NCBI RefSeq assembly: GCF_006345805.1
Contig: NC_043004.1
Location: forward strand, 76,322,001 to 76,386,000
DNA: 64,000 bases
Reading direction: 5' to 3'
From: Octopus sinensis
Taxonomy: Eukaryota
The notes below the pieces were generated by a model. That model was not told the origin of the DNA, searched no databases, and saw nothing but the letters and a program-made list of their open reading frames with translations. Both the position numbers and the translations under genes were made by a program. Below are positions 24,725 through 37,130 of this stretch, piece after piece (position 1 is the first letter of the stretch; each line of letters begins with the position of its first letter).

Positions 24725-24915
24725 ATCATAAGGCAGCGAGTTGGCCGAATCGTTAGCAGACTTGGCAAAATTCTTAGCTTTAAGTTCTGAGTTCAAATTC
24801 CGCCGAAGTCGACTTTACCTTTCATCCTTTCGGAATAAGTAGCAGTTGAGCCCTAGAGTCGACACAATCGACTTAACACCGCCCACCCTTGAATTTGCTG
24901 GCCTTGTGCAGAAGC
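24725..24915 (+). mobile_element. SINE-B variant
   Basis: gagttcaaattccgccgaagtcgactttacctttcatcc. Confidence 0.75.
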
Positions 24916-25359
24916 CAATATTACATGTTTTAGATCAGTCATTCACAAACTTCTTCAGACTGCCGCTCCCTTGACATTCAGGCCACATTCCTAGAACCCC
25001 CCACCCCAACTGACCACAACGAATAGAGACCACTTTCCGCAACAAATTCAAAACAACTCTATTTCACAAATAAAAACTTAATCTAATTAATCCCTTATAT
25101 TGTTTGCTTTTTGTCGCCCCATTATCATCCCACTTTTCTTCAACACTATTCTGGATCTTTCCACCGAACCCAGAAGGGCAGTATTACTCACTTTTGGAAC
25201 CACTACTGCACAAAATATTTATTTTCCTTAATATTCGCTGTTGACATTTGGGTGCGTCTAATGTGTCCGTGCGTCTTTTACGCTAATCAAATATGGTATA
25301 TATCACGTGCGGTGCTAACATAACGTTTCCTCTATAATTATTTCCTATAAAGATTATTT

Positions 25360-25954
25360 TCTACTCGAGGCACAAGGCCCTACATTTTGGGGGAGGGGGC
25401 CAGTCGATAAGATCGATCTCAGTACGCAACTGGTACTTATTTTATCGACCCCGAAAGGATGAAAGGCAAAGTCGACATCGGCGGAATTTGGACAGACGAA
25501 ATACCTCTAAGTATTTCGCTCAGCGTGTTAACGTTTCTTATTTCTTTATTGCCCACAAGAGGTTAAACATAGAGGGGTCAAACAAGGACAGACAAAGGGA
25601 TTAAGCAAATTACATCGACCCCAGTACGCAAGAGGTACTTAATTTATCGATCCCGAAAGAATGAAAAGCAAAGTCGACCTCGACGGAATTTGAACTCAGA
25701 ACGTAGCGGCAGACGAAATACCTGTTTCTTTACTACCCACAAGGGGCTAAACACAGAGAAGACAAACAAGGACAGACAAAACGGATTAAGTCGATTATAT
25801 CGACCCCAGTGCGTAACTGGTACTTAATTTATCGACCCCGAAAGGATGAAAGGCAAAGTCGACCTCGGCGGAATTTGAACTCAGAACGTAGCGGCAGACG
25901 AAATACTGCTAAGCATTTCGCCCGGCGTGTTAACATTTCTGCCAGCTCGCCACC
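25360..25954 (-). mobile_element. SINE-B multimer (3 units)
   Basis: Repeated core cgaccccgaaaggatgaaaggcaaagtcgac. Confidence 0.9.
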
Positions 25955-26920
25955 TTTAAGCTCATTAGAATAATAAAAGCCATACAATAACCGGTTTTAT
26001 GTTTTCACTGTTGTTGTTGTTATTGCTGCTGCTGCTTTTGCCCCAGTTGTTGTTGATGCTATTGCCGCTGCTAATAATATGTTGGTTAGTCCCTGGTCAG
26101 CCTTGCTAATTAGAACTCATCATCATCCCATTATTTTTTTTTTCAGGCTAGTATAATTAAATCTACGTGATTACCCAACGAAAACTTCCTCCCTTTGTTT
26201 CCTGTAACAGCCAGTAGAATGTCGATTAAGGGAGATTCTGCTGGCATTTCTTCCAGCGAAATACCTCGTTAGCTCGATATACTTCACGTCCAGGGGTGCT
26301 TGTTTGTACAGTCCTTCTGCAGCCTTTCATTGTATAATTGCAATCACTTGCGAATCAATACCCGATGCTAACCTTTCTCCATCAAATGTTGTTGCTAAGT
26401 AATAATCGATCTGTGATACCTTCATCTTCCTACATCCATCACAGATAGAATATGTCTCTCAGATGTCTCAATTGATAAAGAAAGAGCCAGAATGATCAAT
26501 ATTCCTCGTAAGCTTGCAGTTCAATCTATGGCCGCCTCTTGTGCGTCCACTGCTCCGAATGTTGCTGCCGACGTTGGTCACGTAAAAGAAACAAAGAAAA
26601 CTACAGCAACAACTATTGAACACAGAGATTGTATGACAAGTGTTGGCTTATAGAATGTGGTGAACGTGACAAGTTTACTTATCGATCAGGACTGAATCCG
26701 TCTCGACGTGAGGTAAGCCACGTTGAACAAAGTTTAACAAAACCAAACACTCACAAGTGTGTAAATATATATAAAGGGAAAGCCATATATTTGTGTGTAT
26801 ATTTAAGTATATGCGCTTGTGTGTGTGTGTGTATACTGACACACACATATACGTGTGTGTGTGTGTTTATACTGACACACACATATACGTGTGTGTGTGT
26901 GTGTATATATATACACATAC

Positions 26921-27337
26921 TCTCTTTTACTCTTTTTACTCTTTTACTTGTTTCAGTCATTTGACTGCGGCCATGCTGGAGCACCGCCTTTAGTCGAGCA
27001 AATCGACCCCGAGACTTATTCTTTCTAAGCCCAGTACTTATTCTATCGGTCTCTTTTGCCGAACCGCTAAGTGACGGAGACGTAAACACACCATCATCGG
27101 TTGTCAAGCAATGCTAGAGGGACAAACACAGACACACAAACATATACACACACATACAAATATATATATATATACATATATACGACAGGCTTCTTTCAGT
27201 TTCCATCTACCAAATCCACTCACAAGGCTTTGTCGGCCCGAGGCTATAGTAGAAGACACTTGACCAAGGTGCCACGCAGTGGGACTTAACCCGGAACCAT
27301 GTGGTTGGCAAGCAAGCTACTTACCACACAGCCACTC
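26921..27337 (-). mobile_element. SINE-A, full length
   Basis: Head through (AAAAGAGT)n tail. Confidence 0.92.
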
Positions 27338-27620
27338 AATATAAATAATATATAAATATATGCATATATATATACATACATATATGTACATACCTACATA
27401 TATATATGTATATATACATGCATACATGGATACAGGACATCAAAAATCATGGACAGAATGAGAAACGAGAACATATAAGACAAAAACTTAGAAAACAAAC
27501 TTCTTTTCGAACAACGAAAAAAAACAGAGAAACGAGACATGCAACATAAAGAACATTTCCCTTCATCAGTTGTCCCCTGTTTTATCTACTCTGCGTTATA
27601 TATATATATATATATATATG

Positions 27621-27655
<35 letters not shown>

Positions 27656-28128
27656 GCACATATATATACGTGCATACACACATACACACATACATCACAT
27701 ACATATATATAAACATATACATACATATATATATATACACATACATGCACATACATACATATACATACATACAAACATAGATGTGTGTTTGTGCGTGTCT
27801 GAGTGTGAGTAAGTGCGTGTGCGTGTGCGCGCGCGCACGCGTGTTTATAATGATTCCGCTATGTCATAGTGACACCAATTAACAGTTGTTAGATTTCAGT
27901 ATTAGAATGCTTTCTGAAAAAAAAAAGCACTTCATACAAACGTCTCTGAGGATGCAATAATATGTCACATCGCACTTCACTCTGAGTGCACTGTAACCTT
28001 GCAGCAGAAACAGTCACAAGCTAATGAAAGTGATTACATGGTTCCTTTTCTTTTGTCATTCATTTATTTATTTTTATACACACACACGTACGCACGCATG
28101 TATCTATGTATGTATGTATGCACTCGCT

Positions 28129-28164
<36 letters not shown>

Positions 28165-29235
28165 TTACATCTATCATCACGTGTGCGTGTGTAAGTATGC
28201 AAAAGACCGTTGCTTCTATACGATGAAAGCTAACGTGATATGATGGATTAACTACTTTAAACGAAGCTACAAAGGCGACAATAACAGAAGCAACAACAAC
28301 AACAGCAAAAACGACGACGACGACGATAAAAACGATGAAAACGATGACGATAATGAAACTAAGCTGTTAGACTTGGAAGGAAAACCCTCAACAAGATCTC
28401 ATCCAAATCAGATCCTGGTGACTTTGAAAAAATAGACGTATACAGCGGATTTTGGCCTTTCGGTTATGCAAATGGCTCGAAAAGGCAAAGATGGGATAAG
28501 GCCATGGATGGCATATAGGGGTTATAGATAAAGCGCCGATCAAGAGCTAAATAGCTGCAGCAGCAGGCCACCTCCTAGTGGTGTCAGGCGTCAACGAAGA
28601 GCCCTCGACTACAACAAGACGACCAAAGTTTTTCTTTTATTTTTTCCAAGGTCTGGGGTCTCCCGCCCCTAAGCCCTAGACCATCACCTAATCACCCTTA
28701 CCCGTCTTGTTGCTTAACAATAACAACAACAGCCATAGTAGTAGTAGTAGTAGTAGTGGTAGTGGTGGTGGTGGTGGTGGTAGTGGTGGTGGCGGCGGTA
28801 GTTGTTTTGGTGGTTCCAAATGCTGTTGGTCACGCAACTGTGTGTGCGGATGGAGCAAGTAAGACAAACACTTCAGTTTTTAACTTAAACAATTGACTCA
28901 TTTGTCTAAGACCTGTTGGTGGATTTGTAAATAGTTATGTATGATACTCACGGGTACATACACACACACACACACACGAAGACACACGGATACACGCAAA
29001 CACATACACATACATGCACCATCTCCACAAGCACTCAGATTATATAAACGTTTACATAATCACGCCTACACACCGATAAATGTATACATACGCAAGTACA
29101 CACACACACACACACATACACACATACACACTAACGTGAATGCATAGTTGTAAACACATGTATATTCGGGCATACAAGCATACTATATATATGTGTGTGT
29201 GTGTACTTGATATCCTGTTGCTTATTTTGCTCTTA

Positions 29236-29266
<31 letters not shown>

Positions 29267-29659
29267 GCGCACACATATGTATATATGTATGTATGTATGT
29301 AAATAGATAGATAGATAAATATACATATATATATATGTATGTACGCGTATATATATATGTGAATATATATATGTATATATACATAATTATAAATATATAT
29401 GTATACACACACACGCACCTTCTACATACCGACACGTATATACACATATATAAATAGAAGAGATAAGAGAAGGTGAGGGAATAGTTGCTTATTCCACTTG
29501 TTTACAGCTGTTTCATAATCTTGTTAGTTGTATATTGCATCATTATAGTTATTACATCAACATTCGCACACAAACAAGATATACATATGAATATAAGTAA
29601 ATATATATATACATGTGTACACCCGTATGTACACACAGATAGAGTGATATACAGATAAA

Positions 29660-29766
29660 AAGACAGATATAGATAGATAGATATAGATAGATAGATAGAT
29701 AGATAGATACACAGTCAGACAGACTGATTGACTGACTGACCGACAGACAGATTGTCTGACAGACAA

Positions 29767-29837
<71 letters not shown>

Positions 29838-29842
29838 CAGAC

Positions 29843-29913
<71 letters not shown>

Positions 29914-29914
29914 C

Positions 29915-29970
<56 letters not shown>
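29660..29970. repeat. (GATA/GACA)n microsatellite
   Basis: Direct reading. Confidence 0.95.
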
Positions 29971-29971
<1 letters not shown>

Positions 29972-30600
29972 TAGTCGGTGGGGTGCAAAATAATAGAAAC
30001 ACCACTTTTTATTAAACAATTTGTCTGTATTGACAAAATGACGAATCCAAGCAGTTTCTGTCTCTATAAATGTTTTCATAAGCATTATGGTTCCCTTGTA
30101 CTTCATGATACAACCCTTTGTTATATTTATCTTTAACAACTATTTGTATGTAAACAAGTCATGGCTTATCGGATTTCCAAAGAAGACAAATTGTTCGTTC
30201 ACAGATGGCTGGAGCTTCATTCACTGAGTTAAGAGTCATCGGTGTTTGTAAGAATGTAGTTGAGTCGGTGTTTTGGCTGAACCGTTGATGTATATACCCA
30301 AGTGTGTGAATCCTTTCGCATAAAAATCTCTGGCATTCCGAAACCAAGGTAAAAAACAACCTCTGGTTAGCATAATTCTGGATGGAAGACAAAACTCACG
30401 GAGAAAGGCAACAGAATAGCGAAACGTGTTGTGTCTAAAAAGACATTGAACTACGGCAGCAGAAGTGACAGTAGAGTTAAGCCACCATATCACAAACCAT
30501 GGATCAACCAAAACTGTTCGGTGTGAGCCTCATAAAAATGGATACCACGGGAGGGCAGCAATTGCTAAACTATTCCTGTTCCCTATCAACACTGAACCTT
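29972..30600 (+). pseudogene. Tc1-like transposon 5' remnant (TIR-like end plus transposase N-terminus)
   Basis: LSDFQRRQIVRSQMAGAS ... TTAAEVTVELSHH...STKTVRCEPHKNGYHGRAAIAK matches the Tc1 DNA-binding region. Confidence 0.75.
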
Positions 30601-30611
30601 TCAGACAACTA

Positions 30612-30616
30612 GATGG

Positions 30617-30654
<38 letters not shown>

Positions 30655-30990
30655 TTGATGATGGTGATGGTGATGATGACGATGATGATGATGATGTTGA
30701 TGATGTTGATGGTGATGGTGATGATGATGGTAATGGTGATGATGTTGATGATGATGATGATGGTGATGATGACGATGATGGTGATGATGTTGATGATGTT
30801 GATGATGATGATAATGATGATGATGATGATGATGGTGATGATGATGTTGACGATGATGATGGTGATGATGACGATGATGATGATGATGATGATGTTGATG
30901 ATGATAATGATGATGATGGTGATGGTGATGATGATGTTGATGATGATGATGATGGTGATGATGACGATGATGATGATGTTGATGATGTTG
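30612..30990. repeat. (GAT)n cryptic trinucleotide tract
   Basis: Direct reading. Confidence 0.95.
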
Positions 30991-32003
30991 TAAATACATA
31001 CATAAATACAACACCTGCCGAACAGAAAAGAAATAAATAAATTCATTCCGTGCATACTCAAAATGAGAGCAACTTGCCCTTCCTGTGCAGGTACTCTGAG
31101 AATACAACTGTCTCACGTGACCCAAAGGAAGCTGGACTAGCCCACCTGAGCAGAAGCAGGCATCAAACCAACAAAAACCGACCAATGCATGTTTACACAT
31201 CTCATAAGCTCGAAGCAACAACAGTATTGACAGGAAGAGTAGCCTCTTCTGGACCTGCGATAGATACCTTACATCCTACCTAGAAGGATATGTCTTCGCT
31301 ATCCAGGAACAGGAGATGGCTGCTAAATACCTGATAAACAAGAGGGATAAAGATACCATCAAACCTCGACGTTGTGATAAAAAATGTCGACTTTGCAAAG
31401 CCAGTGTGGAAGATATCCCCCACATCATCAGCAGCTGCCCCAAAATGTATACAGAATTACTACCTGCCCCTGAGACATGATATAGTTGCAAAAAATATTT
31501 ACAATATTATCCGCAAGAAGGATTGCTCTAATGTGTACATCAAATGTATGTCAAAACCAGCAGGTATTCATACCTTTAAAAGCAAGGAATATTGGCGGAA
31601 CACTCCAATGAAAACATCAATTTGATGCAAACATGACAGACCCGATACTGTTCTGTGCGACAGGCGCAGGAGTTTCTGTGTGGTAAGTAGCTTGCTTATC
31701 AACCACATGGTTCCTGGTTCAGTCCCACTGCGTGGCACCTTGGGCAAGTGTCTCCTACTATAGCCTCGGGCCGACCAAAGCCTTGTGAGTGGATTTGGTA
31801 GACGGAAACTGAAAGAAGCCCGTCGTATATATGTATATATATATATGAATTTTCTGGTTAATTCCGTAATGGAATCGACGGCTTATATTTATTTGCTGCC
31901 GATAAATTTGGCGCGAGTGCGATGATTTGAAAATTTTAGGTCAGATATTACCTTGGCAGGGTCGGAGATGCCTCGTGAAAATATCTGTTCCGACTTGTGG
32001 CTA

Positions 32004-32108
32004 TTTCTTACTGAAGAATCTGAGGGCCTATGGAGGATTGGCTTGATTTAATTTAATCAGGTTAGTTTACCATTAAACAGCAGATGAAACGGTGCATCGT
32101 ATAAGAAA
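32004..32108 (+). ncRNA. Type I HHR with long stem II insert
   Basis: tttctta-CTGAAGA-atctg...cagat-GAAA-cggt(gc)atcg-TA-taagaaa; perfect 7-bp stem I and 5-bp stem II; GUA triplet. Confidence 0.85.
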
Positions 32109-32495
32109 TTACAGGGTAAATGTTTTTTAAATTTTCTCCTGTTTACGGAATTGACTTTTATTTGCGGTTGAAGCTTTGGCTGTTATTTCTAGTGGGTGAA
32201 TGGCCTATTATGGCCGTTCCTTGATTGTTGATGTTGAACTTAAAAATGGTCTATGACTATTTAACTTTTTCCCACTAGGCCGCTGGTGGCAAAAAAATTC
32301 TACAAAATTTTTTTTGCCACCCTATATTGATTAATTATGAATTTTCTGGTTAATTCCGTAATGGAATCGACGGCTTATATTTATTTGCTGCCGATAAATT
32401 TGGCGCGAGTGCGATGATTTGAAAATTTTAGGTCAGATATTACCTTGGCAGGGTCGGAGATGCCTCGTGAAAATATCTGTTCCGACTTGTGGCTA

Positions 32496-32600
32496 TTTCT
32501 TACTGAAGAATCTGAGGGCCTATGGAGGATTGGCTTGATTTAATTTAATCAGGTTAGTTTACCATTAAACAGCAGATGAAACGGTGCATCGTATAAGAAA
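32496..32600 (+). ncRNA. Type I HHR (second unit)
   Basis: Same sequence, 492 bp downstream. Confidence 0.85.
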
Positions 32601-32829
32601 TTACAGGGTAAATGTTTTTTAAATTTTCTCCTGTTTACGGAATTGACTTTTATTTGCGGTTGAAGCTTTGGCTGTTATTTCTAGTGGGTGAATGGCCTAT
32701 TATGGCCGTTCCTTGATTGTTGATGTTGAACTTAAAAATGGTCTATGACTATTTAACTTTTTCCCACTAGGCCGCTGGTGGCAAAAAAATTCTACAAAAT
32801 TTTTTTTGCCACCCTATATTGATTAATTA

Positions 32830-32906
<77 letters not shown>

Positions 32907-33797
32907 CTTGTGTGTCTGTGTTTGTCCCCCAACTGGTGTGTTTACGTCCCCGTAATCTAGCGGTTCAGCAAAAGAGACCGATAGAAAAAGTATTAGGCTT
33001 ACAAAGAATAAGTCCTGGGATTGATTTGCTCGACTAAAGGCGGTGCTCCAGCATGGCCGCAGTCAAAAGACTGAAACAAGTAAAAGAGTAAAAGAGTAAA
33101 AGAGGGAACAAAAGACTTGCACTGTTGAGGAGGTCAGCTGACAATCAACAATTCAGGAAAAAAAGAACATTTATGGCGAATTGATGCGGAACTTAAAGCT
33201 CTTGTACTCTGACTATGAATTCCCATTTGTACCTTTGTATCATAGGTGCTGTAGTTACGTACCAACAAATCTGAACAAAAAACCTAGAAATACTCGGTTT
33301 CACGGAAAAGCAGCAAAAGAAACTGCCGCAGATTCTCCATATCCAATCTGTTTGTGGCACAGTGGAGATTCGTAAAACATTCCCAAATTTCTCCATCTGA
33401 GATTCTTATGTGAAAGGATTCACATACTTGGATATATACATCAACGGTTCAGCCAAACCACCGACTCAACTGCATACTTACAAACACCGAGGACCTTCTT
33501 AACTCAAAAGGTCTTGTCGTTTTGTTAGTGACCCGCTTGAACTCTTTCCAGAACTTAAAGTAAACTCACAGAAAATTCATACATACATACAAATACACAT
33601 ACACACACACAGGCATACACACACAAGCATACATACGTACACCTACATGCATACAAAGACGCATACATGCATACAAACATACATACATACATACATGCAT
33701 ACATACATACATACATACATACATACATACATACATACATACATGCATACATACATACATACATACATATATGCACATACATACATAAGAATTAAAC

Positions 33798-34186
33798 AGG
33801 CGTTGGAGTGGCTGTGTGGTAAGTAGCTTGCTTACGAACCACATGGTTCCGGGTTCAGTCCCACTGCGTGACACCTTGGGCAAGTGTCTTCTGCTATAGC
33901 CACGGGCCGACCAAAGCCTTGTGAGTGGATTTGGTTGACGGAAACTGAAAGAAGCCCGTCATATATATGTATATATATATGGATGTGTGTGTATATATAT
34001 ATATATATTTGTGTGTCTGTGTCTTTCCCCCCAACAACGCTTGATAACCGATGCTTAGCGGTTCGGCAAAAGAGATTGATAGAATAAGTACTAGGCTTAG
34101 AAAGAATAAGTACTGGTGTCAAGTTGCCCGACTAAAGGCGGTGCTCCAGCATGGCCACAGTTAAATGACTGAAACAAGTAAAAGAG
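33798..34186 (+). mobile_element. SINE-A, full length
   Basis: Head aggcgttggagtggctgtgtgg through tail aagtaaaagag. Confidence 0.92.
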
Positions 34187-34801
34187 TGAACGCACGCACA
34201 TACAAACATACATACATACATACATACATACATACATACATACATACATACATACATACACACACCTGAACATCAGATTATACCTACAGGTGTAGATATA
34301 AAATTTAGTAAGCTCATTTTACAACCTTGGCGGAAGAAAATTAATAAACAGTGCACTTTCTCTCTCTCTCTCTCTCTCCCCACCCTCTCTCTCTCTCTCT
34401 CTCTCTCCCACTCACTCACTCACTCTCTACCCTGCCCCTCCCCCCCCACACAGAAGGAACAGAATGAATGTATCGCAATCTAAAATTCCATCCTATCCCT
34501 TTCTATAATTATATTATACATACCAGATGGGTTGTGAGAAAATACGGCCAGATCATTAATTAAAGACCCCCCCACGCCACCCACTCTAATTACGTTATAT
34601 AAACCAGATGAGTTGTGAGAAGATATGGACAGATCGTTAATTAATACAACCCGATTCTATAATTATATACAGCACATACACTCTGTACACCTGGGCAGTT
34701 GTGAGAACAGAACGACGGCCCACTAATTAAAAATTCTCAGAATTATACGAGAGTATCTACACGGTCATTCTGTATATATATATATATATATGTATATATA
34801 T

Positions 34802-34889
<88 letters not shown>

Positions 34890-34959
34890 ATATATATATA
34901 ATATATGTGTGTGTATGTATATATATATATATATATTATATATAAGAATGAATGTTTTT

Positions 34960-35200
34960 ATATATAATGAACGTGAAATACAGGAAGGGACGAACACGGA
35001 ACACAGACAAATCATTCGAAGCCTTCAATCTTCAGTCAGACACCGAATCATCATAGCAAATTTCGGCTGTTCAATTCTGATATTTGCTCCAACTCGGCCA
35101 GCCCCAGAAAAAAAACTAAGCTGTAAGCATTAGATTTCTTGGTAGAAGACAGGAATGTGAACGCACAAGACGGATGTGAATACAAGAGACGAAAACGAAA
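34960..35200. mobile_element. Unclassified dispersed repeat; reverse-complement copy at ~50970-51210
   Basis: Shared ttcgaag(cc/tc)ttcaatcttcagtca, gccagcccca and aaaactaagc segments. Confidence 0.55.
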
Positions 35201-35395
35201 TTGAAAACAGTAATGAATAAACAAAATATATATAACGGTGGTTGTCATACGACTTTAGACCAAATGAGACAAAAACAACAACAACAACATAGCTGGCGTA
35301 GAAATAATTACCGTTTCGGTAGCGGGGACACATGTTGGTCGAGATACGATATAATATATGTTATATATATATATATAGTGTATATATTATATATA

Positions 35396-35467
<72 letters not shown>

Positions 35468-35484
35468 TATGTATATATATATAT

Positions 35485-36979
35485 ATGAAAAAAACAAGTC
35501 AAAAATAGAAAATGCTAAAATAATTTTATAGTGAACATTTCAGTACCGGTTTCGGTCATTTTGAGACCTTTTCAACTGTAACGATTAAATAATTAAATTT
35601 AGAAAAATTAGAAGAAAAGTTTTTTTAAAAGAATATTTTCTATAGTAGTGTTCAGATTTAAGTGGCATTCTGCCTTTCTCTGACTCCCTTGTTTGCACTT
35701 GTGTGTCGGAGGTCGTTGTGAGTTCTTGGAAGGGTAGTAGAGGAAGAAGGCTGGTGGGGAAAGGGGGATGGGAGAATCTGGGAGTGCCCTGATGGTCGTA
35801 TTTTGAATGGTCAGTGGCGGCTGGCAGTCTCAGTTCAATTCAGGAGAATATTATATTGACAGGCTTGTTTATAGAATTAGCGTAGGTGTTATACTAAAAA
35901 ACATTAGTGACAAGTTAAGGGGTAGGGGGGTGGAGAAGTAGAAGAGAAGAAGAAGAAAAGAAAAGAAAGAAGAGAAGAAAAGAAGAAGAAGAAGGAAGAA
36001 GGAGAAGGAGAAGATACGATGATGGTGGTGGTGGTGATGATTATGACGATGATGATGATAATGATGATGATGATGAAGAAGAAGAGAAGAGAAGGAGGAG
36101 AAGGAGAAGATGGTGGTGATGATAGTGGTGATGATGATGACGACGATGATGATGATAATGATGATGATGATGAAGAAGAAGGGGAAGAAGAAGAAGAAGA
36201 AAAAACAGAGAAGGGGGAATATGAATGGGTGTAAGTATAGCTATGAAGGGGCTGATTAGTAATGGATTCTATGGAGTGTATTTTTGTGTGTATATATATT
36301 TTTTCTTTTATTCTAAAGTTGAGGTATATTAATTGTTTGTCGTAGACCCGTTTAGAAGTGGCTTGTATTTTGTAATAAGAGATTTTCTTTACTTATTCGT
36401 TGTCTCGAGGTTGTATCGTCCCTAAATTGGTTAGAGGGGGAAAATTCTGAAGTTTGGTGTTTTTTTGTTGGCGCAAGTATCTATGTGTTGGCTAAAAGCT
36501 ATTTCTGTTTTGGGGAATTTTTATCTGGGATCTGGCAGGGCCATTCGTTTACGCAAACCATTTTTTGTTGGCCTATGTACTGCTCTTGACACCCGGAGCA
36601 GGTTAGTGAGTATATTAGGTTCTCCGAAGCACATGTGGAAGTTGCTTTTCACTGTAAACCGTTGTTCCCTGCTTGAAGGAGAACTCTGATCCCTCAATTA
36701 GATAGTCGCATATCCCGCAATTGGGTCTTCCACATTTTTTACTGTCGGCTTCTGTGTTGAGGAGTGAATTCGGGCTTGTGTAAGGAGACTTTTCATGGAT
36801 CTAGGCTGTCTTTTGCTTTTTATGATCGTGTGTGTTTGGAGGATTGTGTTCATTTTGTGGTCTTTTTTTAGGAGGGGTATGTTGAGGAGGATGGTGTCGA
36901 AGGCTTCGTTATTGAGAGGGTTGTGTGTGGAGATGTATGGTAAGGCTTTTGGTTGTAAGTTTTTCTTTGATTTGGGATG
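35485..36979 (-). mobile_element. Inverted 3' arm of the Neptune-like PLE (endonuclease region, 3' UTR, HHR)
   Basis: Reverse complement of ~39872-41346 at high identity. Confidence 0.92.
35541..35578 (-). ncRNA. Minimal HHR, U3:A8 core variant
   Basis: Reverse complement of 41254-41291. Confidence 0.7.
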
Positions 36980-37130
36980 ATGAAGAAGAAGAAGAAGAAG
37001 GAGGAGAAGGAGAAGATGGTGGTGATGATGGTGGTGATGATGATGACGACGATGATGATGATAATGATGATGATGAAGAAGAAGAGGAAGAAGAAGAAGA
37101 AGAAAAAAACAGAGAAGGGGGAATATGAAT

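Larger units (their letters stand above)
31846..32829 (+). repeat. Two near-identical 492-bp tandem units, each with one HHR (retrozyme or pLTR-like)
   Basis: Units start at 31846 and 32338; no ORF. Confidence 0.9.
31663..33104 (+). mobile_element. SINE-A (31663-31845 and 32830-33104) carrying the 492-bp tandem in its internal microsatellite
   Basis: Head and tail halves are colinear with the family pattern. Confidence 0.9.
31005..33577 (+). mobile_element. R4/Dong-like non-LTR retrotransposon 3' fragment, split by a SINE-A (31663-33104)
   Basis: EGYVFAIQEQ, CRLCKASVEDIPHIISSCPK (CCHC), LRHDIVAK, KHDRPDTVLCD|REQKTCTVEEVS (restriction-like EN), IGAV; 3' UTR runs into (CATA)n. Confidence 0.8.

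Noticed and set aside
26200-26600. Coding-looking unique segment on the minus strand
   Set aside because: Stops occur in all frames, there are no convincing splice pairs, and no motif was recognised.
27540-27580. Minus-strand CTGATGAAGGGAA as an HHR
   Set aside because: No GAAA or stem III after the putative stem II.
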